The notes beneath the pieces were generated by a model. It was not told where the DNA came from. It saw only the letters and a list, made by a program, of their open reading frames with translations, and made no database searches. A stretch of 64,000 nucleotides of DNA, from contig CM052818.1 of assembly GCA_028534125.1 (NCBI GenBank), positions 11,100,001-11,164,000 of the forward strand, written 5' to 3'. Shown one piece after another: positions 12,341-23,891 of the stretch (the stretch's first letter is position 1; each line of letters opens with the position of its first letter). The translations under genes and the position numbers were made by a program. This DNA is from Lama glama. Lineage: Eukaryota.

Positions 12341-13890
12341 GTCTAGCATGTTATCTTGAATTGAATTTTATGCAAATTATGTTTAGACCTCTTTGTGGGG
12401 CTCCATGAGTCTTTTATGATCAAGTATTAGGCCCTTTGTAGGCATGTAAACTTTTCAGTTACAGTTTAGTTTAGAGGATATTGTAACTACCTATTGATTA
12501 TGATTGTTATATAGACTCTGTTCAATTTTGAATGTAGTAATCTCTTTTATTATTCCTGAAAATGCTTAGATTAGAATGGAGATTCAGTGAAAAAGTTCTA
12601 CATGAGCTTCAATAAATTAAGACATTTCTTTCAATGGGTTTGTGAGACACCTTGAAGATAAAGCACTATCTTATTTATTATCCATCATTCAGGGCCTATT
12701 ATATTAATGTCTTGTCCATAAAAAAGACCTTAATGGATATTTGTTGAATTTCTAATTTGATGTATTTGGTTCAAGTTCCTAGTGCTATATTATCTGCAGT
12801 TCATTTGACCAGCTATAAACTAAATTAATTTCTTTGAGCTAAATTGCCTGTTAACCAACCACACTGTTATTAGTCTGTCTTTGTCTTAGTGTTCACAGCT
12901 AGGAATAAGGTGATCAGATAGGAGCATGACCCAACCAAATCTCTTGGATTTGGCTATAGCATGTGTAATAGGGGAGATATAATTGAGAATGATGTAGTTT
13001 GGTCTTCTTGACTCTCAAAAATGTCCTGTATTAAAATAGACAAAATATCTGACTCGCAGTCTTTAAAATAAATGACCCAATATGTTTTTCATGTGTCAAG
13101 AGGAAACACCAATACAAGACTATTGTGAAAAATCAAATGAGATTAGAGGTGGTGGCAATAAAAATGTCAAAAACACTGTGTAAACAGAATGACATTGGGA
13201 GTAGTAATCATAACTGAAACAAAAACAGTAACCCTGAAGTTTACTACATATTCCGGGGTGAGAGCAGGAATCTTGGGTCAATTCTTAACAAACAAACAGA
13301 CAGAAGGAGTTCTTCAGGTTCTAGGGCCAACGACCGAAGACATAAAACACGCAGTAATTGACAACCCAGGGTATCCCTACTGGCCTTTCCTTCTTATTCT
13401 GTCTGCGAAAAAGAAATTCATTCAAATGCATGGTTGACAACGAAATGGAAGTTTTATCACATTGCCCTATTGTTGACCTCAAAGCTGACCTCCAGATCAC
13501 CCCTCAGTCAAAATGTTAGAGGAGTCACTGGATGCGGTTTTAAGCTGGATTCAGCTGAGTATTCTGAAGAGAAAGCCAGAGTGTTGTATTTTCAGTGGTT
13601 GAGGGCCCCTCTGGCATGATTGACTTTGATGATATCATCAATTTATCAGCCTAATGCCAGGATCTGTTTCATCCTTCATTTTCCAGGTATCTCCTAAACG
13701 TTTAGGAACAGGCTACCTACATTTGCTTGCATTGCAAAAGATTAGTATTATTGGATCTGTTCTGCAAGTGACCTCTAAATTCTAATTTTAGAATTTACCT
13801 AGATAAAAAGTAAGTGACGAGGTTAGAACTAGAACTCAAATAGAGGGTGTGGTATGGGTGAATTTTTAGCCTGCACTTTTCCTGTTTTTT

Positions 13891-13914
13891 GTTGTTGTTG
13901 TTGTTGTTGTTGTT
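13891..13914. repeat. (GTT)8 microsatellite
   Basis: Seen directly. Confidence 0.95.
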
Positions 13915-14898
13915 CGTTTTTTGATTTTGAGGACAAATAAATTACCTGTTCAAGGAATTAGCTATTGAAAGGAGTCAGCCAATTAGGTCTAAGTTTTTTA
14001 TAACATAGTACATCATAGTATGTAGTTGAATTGTTTTTGACAACTTTTTTTAGTTCTTTGGCCTTTTTTAAAAATAAATTTTACTCTATAAGAAATCACA
14101 CAAGCATAATGTAAAACAGTTAATTTATTAAGCAGTTCAGTCAAAGCTACTCCATGGAATTACATACATCAGTTGACTCCTTGCCTTTTTACCCTGAACA
14201 CTTAAATGCCTGTAGTTTTTTGAGGTTCCTGAAACCACATACACCCAGTCATATTCAGAAGATTGAATGGGGTTTACATACATTTGTGCTGCTATTTTTG
14301 TGTCTACAAATATAGCTTAAATTTAAGTTAGTTTAAAACATATGATTGCATTTTTCATTTTCTTACATGTGTATAACTGTTGTCATACAAAAATGGCCTG
14401 TGACTTTTTTTGGCACTAAAGAAGGTGTTCTTTTTGTTCAGAAATATTGGAAATAATAGCTTAAATCAAATGACAATCTTTTTTCAGTCTTCAGTCATTA
14501 TAGCATAAAGTAGATACATGTCTGACTTCCTTCCACAGGAAACTGTCCCTGCCAAATAGTTTACTCTGGGGACTTTCTAAGTGTAAAACTCATTTTTTAC
14601 TCTTTGGCCTATAGGCCTTGACACATATGAACTACCTCTTAATTATCTGTAAGAATTGTAGAGACTTGTTAGGTATCCCAATCATGGTTCTGTGATCATG
14701 TGGCACTTAGGTTTGAATGGAAGATTCTGTCAGCCAAATGAATGCTAAATTCATCAAAACGGTATTTTTACAATATAAAAATAAACCCTTAAGCTTTTAT
14801 ATTCACCAGGTCCCAGAAGATGAAGTTCTAATTCATTCAAATAATATTTAACCTTCATCACAATTTGGTCTCAATCTACCAGCACCTTATACTCTAGG

Positions 14899-15233
14899 GT
14901 GGGTGTCAGTAAGCTTCGTCCACAAAGGGCCAGATAGTAAATATTTCAGGCTGTGTGGGTCATACAGTCTCAAAGCTACCATCTCATTCTGCTGGGTAGA
15001 GAAAAGGCAGACACAGACAACATGAAATGAATGTGTGTTGCTGTGTTCCAGTAAAACTCACGCATGGGAACGGAATTCTGAATTTCACATAATTCTCACA
15101 TGTCATAAAATAGTCTTCTTTTGATTTTTTGCAACCATTTAAAAATTTCAAAAAAATATTTGTACCTCATGGCCTGTACAAGAATGTATGGCGATCCGGA
15201 ATTGGCTAGTGGGCTACAGTCTGCAGGCACTTA
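14899..15233. mobile_element. MER58B hAT-Charlie non-autonomous DNA transposon, near full length
   Basis: 'aaagggccagatagtaaatatttcaggct', 'gctgtgttccagtaaaact' and 'cttcttttgattttttgcaaccatttaaaaat' match the recalled MER58B consensus. Confidence 0.9.
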
Positions 15234-15239
15234 ACACCA

Positions 15240-15560
15240 GAGCTCTGGTGAGGTTCGTATCTTTTCTGAACATACCCTGAGTTTCTGTGCTTCCCTGCTT
15301 CTCCTTATATAGTCTCTATGTCCTATGTCTTTCTCCTTTCTTTGCCTAACTAAACATTATTATTGTGAAACTGAGCTCAAGTCACACTATCTCTGAGAAG
15401 CCCTACATGATTATAACTCACCCTTCCACACTGAATCAAATTCTTATTACACTGGATTCCAACAGTACTTTGCACATTCCTGTTATAGGAACAGTGCAAA
15501 AACATTTAGAAGGCATTTGCTAAGTATTTCTTGAATAAATCAACACATGAACAAATGAAG
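15240..15560 (+). mobile_element. L2 3' region (continues the L2-like sequence at ~14770-14898)
   Basis: 'ctcaagtcacactatctctgagaagccct' and 3' tail 'aagtatttcttgaataaatcaa...atgaa'. Confidence 0.7.
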
Positions 15561-16759
15561 CATGGAGACGCATAACTTGAACCAACGTTGTTTACTGAGC
15601 TATTTCCGCAGCCTGAGGGTTAGCGCCACGTGGGCGGCTAGTTGTACTCATCTTTCTATCCGCAAGGCCTGAAAAGTGCGTGGCATGGGGTAATAATATT
15701 AGTAGCTTTTTATTGAATTAATGTTTTGAGGGTATATCTGAGAGACACACCTATGGAGAGTGGATTCTATGCTTTATGGATATTCTTATGTGTCTGGGTT
15801 GCAATAGTTCTATCTGATTCTCTACAAAACTGCCGTACCTAGACCCCTCAAGCTAAGTTAGTTACACACATCCGCTTTCCTGTCACTACTTGTAGACGCA
15901 TGCTTGTTTATGTTTGGCTAATTAAAATTAATCACCCTAGCTCTCCCTTCCCTTCAAGGGCATTACTTCCCATTAACTTCAATGAAGCTTGTTTGACTTC
16001 AATGGAAGTTTTTACCTGCATAGGGACAGTGAGGAATCAGGACAAATATCTTTAAGGCTGTCATTTGTCACCGTGAACAAAAGAAATAGAGATCCTTAGG
16101 CGTGAGGCGCCGTGGCACACTTCACGTGCCTCTCTTAATTCTATCCTTGCTGACAACCTGTGACTGCCACATGAAAGGAAGCATCAGAATTATAATTGAA
16201 TGCTTCTGAAATATCAGAGACAGGACCTCCAAAAAGGCGGTTCACAAACTTACTCTTTGGCAAGGTTAGTGATTTGAGTACCTACAATCGGGCAGGACAC
16301 TGTTGACAGCATTTCCAGTGCAGAGCAGATGCGGTCACTTTGCGTCCATGTGGAATAGCAAAGCGTGGTAGCTTAACTTTCTTCTGCCAGCATGCAGCTC
16401 TTTGACAGTCCTCTGCCATTCAGGACACTCCAGAGCAGCAGAAATTAAAGAGGGAAAGAGGCATCTGAGCAACCCCAGCAATATCACAGCCTCCCTGCTC
16501 TACAACTTGAGCATTTTCTTCATCGTGTATTTATTTCATGCAGAAAATGGCAAAATAGAGGTGCCAGTGAGGTGCGAAATTCCACAATGTTTAAGGTTCT
16601 CTAGATAACAGAATCTAAGTCAAGCTAGACATATTGTTGCTAAAGGCCACTAAGTTACTTAATTATCAAAGGGAACAGCATGGCATTCCCCCAGCAAGGA
16701 CTGTTCCAGAATCCCCATCTTAATTATACCGTATAGCAACTGCATCGACTGTATTTTCA

Positions 16760-16845
16760 TAACTTCTTTATAGGGCTATTTGCCAATATTTAAATGAGAT
16801 AATATAAATATAAATCCCCAGCTTGAAGGCTTGGCACTCAGTTCT
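16760..16845 (+). mobile_element. MIR 3' fragment
   Basis: 'atagggctattt...atttaaatgagataatata...ggcttggcactcag'. Confidence 0.55.
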
Positions 16846-18087
16846 TCTTGACATCCCTCTCTCTTTGGAATTAAATAGAATGATTAGCTGAATAACCTAG
16901 AAAAAATACACAGTAAGTGATCGCAGGGCAACCTGCATCCCCACAGACAGAGATGAGGGTGTAAGGGAAAAACTGGTATTTATTGAATTCCAAGTCCTGC
17001 AGCTGGGGCTTTATGTCTGCTACCGCACTTAAATGTCCTAAATTGTTCATAAAGAAGTTGCTATTGCCTGAATTGATATTTGGAACTTGTAATTAAAAAT
17101 TTTTTATTTTAGTTTAGTTATAAAATGAACTGTTTCCTAAACTTTTATTCCTCCTCTGCTTGTCCTGGTTAATTTGTTTCTCTCCATCTGAACAAAATAT
17201 CTCTTCTTCCCTGAAATTCCATCATTAAAGTCACCCTTTTAGTTTAAGGCACTCTGCAAAAGTCTTCTATTAAAGTATTCATTACCTGGGTTAGATAAAC
17301 CACTTAAGCCACTACAATACACTGCAACTTTGACAGAAATCGAGTAGTCAGATTAAAACTATGTTGCCTTTGGGAGAAAAAATAAATAAATAGTACTCTG
17401 AGATAAAGCTAGTCTTAGATGTAAAAACCAAGACTCATTCAGGTATGTGGGATTCTAGCCTACACAGGGTAGCAGGTGGACGCCGTGTTTCATAGTGGTG
17501 GGGGATTGCATGGATACACAAGCATCCTGCTTAGGAGTGCACTAAAATCAAATCCACCTGCGTACAGTTCTGATGAGGATAGAGGGCACTGAAGTAAACG
17601 TAGAACTCTCTTCTGTCTCTCTTTCCCATCTTCCAACCAGAAGGTCCTCTGCCTTCTTTGGTATCTGCTTTCCGATGGAGTGGCAGATACACACCGTGTG
17701 GGCTTCAAGGCAGGCACTTCACTGAAAAACAAAGAATTGCAACATCGATCACCGTAATCAGAGCTAAAGCCTGAAGCTGGATTTGGATGGGAGACTAAGC
17801 CAATCTCTCAGTCAACAAAGGAGATGCTTCTACTGGCAGAGGTTTCCAGTTCCATTTCTCAGATCCAGAGAGAGGTGCTCTCTGGAGAGTTTTTTTCTCA
17901 TTGTTTTAGCTTCTTCTGTTCATTTATTTTCCCCCATAGCATAGCTTAGCAAACCTCCTTTTAACATCCTCTGCCTCTGATGCCCATGTAAATGTACTAG
18001 GATCCCCTGTATATGCATTCCTATATGATTTCTCTCTATATAGAGAGATTAGCCCCTTCTACGGAAAATCACATACATTATTTCATA

Positions 18088-18210
18088 CAGTGTTTCCCAA
18101 ACATTCGTGATGAAAAGTGTTACCTAAGGTAATTGTTAAAAACACAGATTCCTGGGCTCTAGAACCCCTGCCTACTAAGAGAGGTCTGACAGTCTATGTA
18201 TTTATCATAT
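18088..18210. mobile_element. hAT-Charlie MITE fragment (MER5/MER117-like)
   Basis: TIR-like 'cagtgtttcccaaac' followed by 'ttgttaaaaacacagattcctgggc'. Confidence 0.65.
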
Positions 18211-18239
18211 GTATTGACCCTCACCCATGAGAAGCCCTC

Positions 18240-19070
18240 ACCACCAGGCGTGTCCTCCAGGGCCTGGCACTTGAGGACACACTCAACAGAATTGCAGGCA
18301 CTGACTAAATGAATAAATCTCTTAGATATTGTAACACCCGCTCTATCCCTCCAGCCTCCCTCCGGTTAGTCCTCCTCGTCTGCTGACCTTACCTCTGAGA
18401 GATCCATGGGTTGTGCCCTCCTCTCCATTCTCATTCTGCTCCCCTAAGTGAGGTACTCTCCATCTCTTCCCTGGAGCAGTTCCACGGCCCCATAATTCAT
18501 CTTCTTCTCTATGGCCTCTCCCACTGTTAGTGAACCCCTAAAGTTCTCCAGGGGAAACTTTGGAAAACACAGATTACTCCGTGGCCCGAAAATCTTTCAA
18601 CAATCTACCCATCCTCCAAACATGGAATGGTGTCTCCAATACACAGAGCCTAGCATAAAATAGGCTCCTAAAGCTTACGGAAACAGATAGAGTTCATACT
18701 CAAAGGTCTTCAAAAACCCGGCCTCAGCCTAATGTTCCAGTTTCACCTCTAGTCTCGGTCTGTGTCTACCTCGGTGCCCACAGCAGTCCCTGCACAAGCC
18801 CACACCCTACTCCCTGCCATCCTCTCAACGACTAGACCACTCGTATTTCTCTCTCTCGCTTCTGCTGGGGCTTTCGCCTCTGCTTTATAGACCCCTCCTT
18901 TCCTGCCTTCTCCTTCCCTACCTGACAAGAATATCCCATTTGAGCCACAGTTTAACTTCCTTAAATTTTTGTGAGTCTCTCTGTGGCCATTTTAGCAAAT
19001 CTGCCTAAGCCCAGATCAGGATCCTTTTGAGTCCAGACCTGTTTCTCCTTTCGAGGTGTTATGACACTCC
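18240..19070 (+). mobile_element. L2 fragments
   Basis: L2 tail 'gggcctggcacttgaggacacactcaacag...tgaataaat', then pyrimidine-rich degenerate L2-like body. Confidence 0.55.
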
Positions 19071-20439
19071 CTTCACTCATGGGGTCAACCAGATGCCCCA
19101 GAAGCTCTGGAGCTTGAACTTGCAGAGTCATCTTGGGCTTTCCTGGGGCCACATGGCTAGCCAGTGGCAGAAGGGTGGACTAGGGAATGGATTTCTCCTG
19201 ATGTGCAGTATTTCTTTTGGAGTGTCCTGTCAGAATGGTAGGACTCTAAAATCAGATTAAAAGAGTTTAGACTATAGGTTGCCTACAGCCCTCCACCAAC
19301 CTTTGGCTTGAGCCATGTATGTGACCAGCGTGTTAACTCTCATCCATGTTCTGACCAACCACAGGACCGCTTTCAGTCTGCAGTAGCTGAGGGTGATGAG
19401 GGTATAGATGCCATTTTCCCGGTGTGTCATCATTGCTGTCATTCGGAGAAGTCAGCCCATCGCTTCCACAGGCTCTGTGCCATGTGCCAGATAGTCCTCC
19501 AGGTGCTCACAACTATCTCCTCTGAAGACTTCCTAGATCATTGCTCCACAATACCAATAGGTCCTTCCCATTAAGGTTATGATTAATTAATTAATTGATA
19601 CGCTCACATCATGCTGTCCCAGGTAGGTTTAAGCCAGGCTGATCCATGTCCAGACGTTTCTTATGCAAATGGGAATATTCTTGCTCAGTCTCTCCTCCCT
19701 TGTTTATCCTCCTGCTGATAGAGGTGTGTGGAAAGCAGACAACATTGAACGTGATCACATATTCAGGGAATGCAAGGGTTACAGCCCAGTTAGTTCAAGA
19801 GAAAGCATTGTTGGGTGATGCTCTACATATGCATTATAGACTTCTGAACTGTAAACCTAACAAAATCAGGAAACACGTTATTCTTCACATTTTCTTGCTT
19901 GCTCTAGGCAAGACTTATTATCTATGGTTGTCACCAATGAAGTGCAGAAACAACGTTTAAGAGAATTATTGGAAACCAGTATTTATGGGCAGCACAGTGG
20001 ATGATGAGGTGATAAAAGTAATGTTATAATTAGCATTAAAAATGGTACAAGGGAACTGCAGAAGCAAGAAGATCAATATTATTTCAATAGATATGAATTC
20101 CAAAGATGTATGACATCAAAAGTAATCAGAGCATTGCTATCTTTTTCTCACTGTGAGAGTTGTGATTTTAGTCAGAAATGATAAATCTTAAAGTTAAAAA
20201 ATACAAGAGAGAAAACATGGAGAGAATTTTACCGTACGTGAACAGGAAGAAAGGGTGCCTGGACACGGAAAGATTTTCATGTATGTTGTATACAAGAAAA
20301 AATGCCTAGTTTCTTCTCTACCCGTTTTTCTAAATCTTCGATGATTGGCTTGTGAATTTTGTAGTCCTATTATATGGTTATATAGGAAGAGATTTATTTT
20401 TTTTGACCTGGGGTCCCGCGTGCCTGAGGAGCAGCCCTG

Positions 20440-20620
20440 TTTGGTCAGGCATTGTGTTATTTGCAACTTCTGTGCAGCATCTATTTTCATATTTACAACA
20501 ACTCTATGAGACCACTGTTATCTTATTATGTAGAAAACTTAGAGAAGTTAAGTAATTTGCCCATGCACACAGTTAGTCAATGACTGAACAGAGATGCTAA
20601 TTCAGGACAACCTAATTCTG
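20440..20620 (-). mobile_element. MIR SINE
   Basis: 'acaacaactctatgag...agagaagttaagtaatttgcccatgcacacag'. Confidence 0.8.
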
Positions 20621-20744
20621 CTGTGTACATCAGTCTTAGAAAAGCTAGGACTAATCTATCCAACCCAAGTTGTATTTCCCAGATTTAGGATTACCCTTAG
20701 ACTTGTGAGGATTATTATCATCATCGTCGTCACTATCACTCATG

Positions 20745-20955
20745 AAATACTTTTTGAATATTAGCTACATGCCAGACACTCTTCTAAGCAGTGAATGTGC
20801 GTTACTCATTAAATAATTTTGACCACCAAATGATATACATATCGATCATATTCCCATTGTAGAAATGGAGAAACTGAAGCCCCAGAGTGGGTAAGTAACT
20901 TGCTCAAAGTGACTCAGCAGGGCATCCAGTAAGGTTCCCTGACTCTGGAGCCCAA
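20745..20955 (-). mobile_element. MIR SINE
   Basis: 'cccattgtagaaatggagaaactgaagccccagagtgggtaagtaacttgctcaaagt'. Confidence 0.85.
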
Positions 20956-23373
20956 GCAAATCCGAACCAAAGATCCTGGTTTGGCTCCTTCAGCCTGACT
21001 GCTGAACTAAATTGCCACTTACCAGGCACGAAACGTCACGAACCATAATGTATGACTGGAAATGATCTGTGATTTTCCTCTCTGGTCTGGTGATTCTTTC
21101 CATTTATTTTCACGGGCCTTGGAACAATCTGAGGGCTTAGCATGGCCAGGGCAATGACACCTCTGGTTCTTGCAGATCCAGCCTTACTGGAAAGATGCCT
21201 ATGGTCCAAAGAGTGAGAGTTGCAACTGGTTGTGGTGGGGGTCACGGGGATGGAGTCACAGCTTCAAACACCACTGAGTGAGAACACCCCAAAGGGCAAT
21301 GCATTTTTAATTCAAGAATATAAAATCATACATTCACAAGGAAGTCATGTATGTGACCATATGTGTGTGTATGTAAATACCTGTGCCTATCCCATTTCTT
21401 TCATACCGATTTTTTGCTTATTTTTGTACTTCCTTTTCCTTGTACGAATAGAGAATTTTACAATTGAAGGTATATATTTAGCCATAACACAGACAGAGGA
21501 ATATATCAAATACCACTTTTGCTATAGATACCTTGGCTTAAATACAAACACAACAGAATGCCAGATATCTGGCCAAAAATCAATGACAGCATTCAACTAG
21601 CCAAGCATGTGGAACTATTTGGAAAAATTCAGATAATTGACTTAAAATTCAAATTTTCATTTAGATGCCTACCACCACACTCCCTATCATTTGATGTTTT
21701 TCTTTCACTACTTAAAGCGACTAATATCTTACTCTTTCAAACACTCATCAATAATATGCCTACAAAAAAGCTGCAACAAAAATATAATGGTTCAGAGATT
21801 CACAAATGATAATTTTTATCTTTAAAAAAAAAATCTCATTCCAAGCAAAAATTCTGATTCATTTACCTCCATCAATTCCTTGTTCTGTTTCAAAATTCCA
21901 CTGATCATTTACAAATGGTGAAAAACCTCTTTAGCCCATTCTATATTTCATCCCAGGTGACTGAACTCTGCATTTTGATTTCTAAATGGGCAGATAGATG
22001 TACTGTAATGAGAACACAAAGAAACAGGTTTATAACTTGGTACATTATGGCACCGGGTTCAAAGCAGTGCTGTAAGCCTTTGTTTCTGACTCATGCAGAT
22101 AAGCTCCAGCATTTTCTAGCACGGTAACAATGCAGAATCTGAAGGAACAGGAAGAAAAGAAAGATGCAAGAAAGAGAAGGAAAGAAAATGAATTAAAACA
22201 AAGCAAAACTCTCGGGATGGTTTAGGCTGCAGGGTATTTTCCCAGAGTTCTGTCCAAGAATAATCTAGTAAAAATGTGGACAGAGAACCACCGACCCCTG
22301 CTTTCCCCCGAACATATGCAGCTCTGATCAGTCTGGTATTTCAAGAAAAACAAGGTCTTGAACCCGAGTCCTCAGACACATAACAAAGCGCACTTCACAG
22401 CTGTGATGCACAGCGACGATCGGCTCCGAGGCCTGAGTGGGTCCCAAGACAATGCCTCCTTTATCACCCAGAGGACAAATATCTAGACAGCAATATTTTC
22501 TGCTTGAATGCTCCGAGCAGCTCGTGCAACTCCTGACTGAAAGGGAAAACTGAGCTCAGAGTGTTTGCTGAGTGATTATTTTAATTTACTACTTGATGTA
22601 AATCTAAATGAACTGACACCCAGCTCAAGATGGACAGAAAACAATCATCACGGAGGGTGGGGGCTGCGGGAATGAAAGGTGGGGGGGGGCGCGCAGGAGA
22701 GGGGCTGATGTTACACTGGCATCTGAGGTTTTGCGCAGGTTTAGCCAACTTTCGCAGTGGCAGGGAAATAGATGGGGGCCAGGTTCAGCATTCGTTTCCT
22801 TCTCTCAATTACCGTAATAAGTTCGGTAATTTTGTGCTGTTTATTTATCAGGCGAGGATAACAAAGGAAGCAGAGGAAGTCTGCTCTGGAGGCACCATGA
22901 CAAAGCACCAGACAGAAAGCAGTCACGTGTTGGGGAGATGAACAGAGACACCACTTCCCAAGCACCTGATTATTCTTTCTCGGGATTTTGAGGCAAAAAT
23001 TATCCTTAAGAAAAACAACCACACGCACAACAATATGAGCTGTACAGGTGAGAAAATGGGGTAAGATGGGGATGAAGGAAAATTGAAGGGCAACTTGACA
23101 ACTAAGTTTTAATTCCTTATAAAAAGCTATCTTTCCTTCATGTCAATTACTTGTCCAAACTTAGTGGTAGCGATAAAAGATTTTTTTAAAGAGCTGTTTG
23201 GTTGATTTTCTCCTTCCACCATCACATGTGGCCCTAGTTTCTTAGCATGGAAAGTTCTACAGTTACAATGCATATTTCTAGGAAACTAGGTGGCAGAATC
23301 ACAGCTGTGTCTGGTTTAAGATGGACGTCAGATTTCTTTGTGGTGCTTGTAAGATATTATTCAAAGCATCATT

Positions 23374-23394
23374 TCTCTCTCTCTCTCTCTCTCT
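23374..23394. repeat. (TC)n microsatellite
   Basis: Seen directly. Confidence 0.95.
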
Positions 23395-23866
23395 AGCTCA
23401 TGAAACACTGCATTAAACAGTCACAGGACCAACATACAGATTCCTATTTCCAGGTTTGTCTCTTCTGTCTAAAAAAGACTTTCCTTTCAGCCATGTCTGC
23501 TGGCATCCCCTTCAGAAAAGTAGCAATGTTTGCTAATGAGCATAATCCTAGTTATTTGTAGCGCTGTTATAAATGGCACAGGGTACGCATATAAATCCCC
23601 ACGCATGATTCTGAAAATATGTCCAATAGAGGAAAAAATATATCACCCCTTGTTTCCGACCATCACAATATGGAACCAAATTATGGTTTCTATCTTTTTT
23701 ACTTGTCCTTACCAGCCAGTTTAAGAGTGATCTACTTGTATAGCTCTGGACATGTGTATATTTATATTAAACTTTAAAGTGCTAAATTTATATATTATAT
23801 ATTATAAATGATATAAATATTTACATGTATAGTGTTTATATCTTTATTTAGTGAATGCAACTTTTA

Positions 23867-23891
23867 TGTGTGTGTGTGTGTGTGTGTGTGT
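23867..23891. repeat. (TG)n microsatellite
   Basis: Seen directly. Confidence 0.95.

Noticed and set aside
16167..16183. 17-nt exact match ccacatgaaaggaagca, also at 61387-61403
   Set aside because: One 17-mer match within 64 kb is plausible by chance, and the flanks do not align
17490..17760. Exon-like segment with acceptors on both strands
   Set aside because: No convincing donor and no recognisable peptide in any frame
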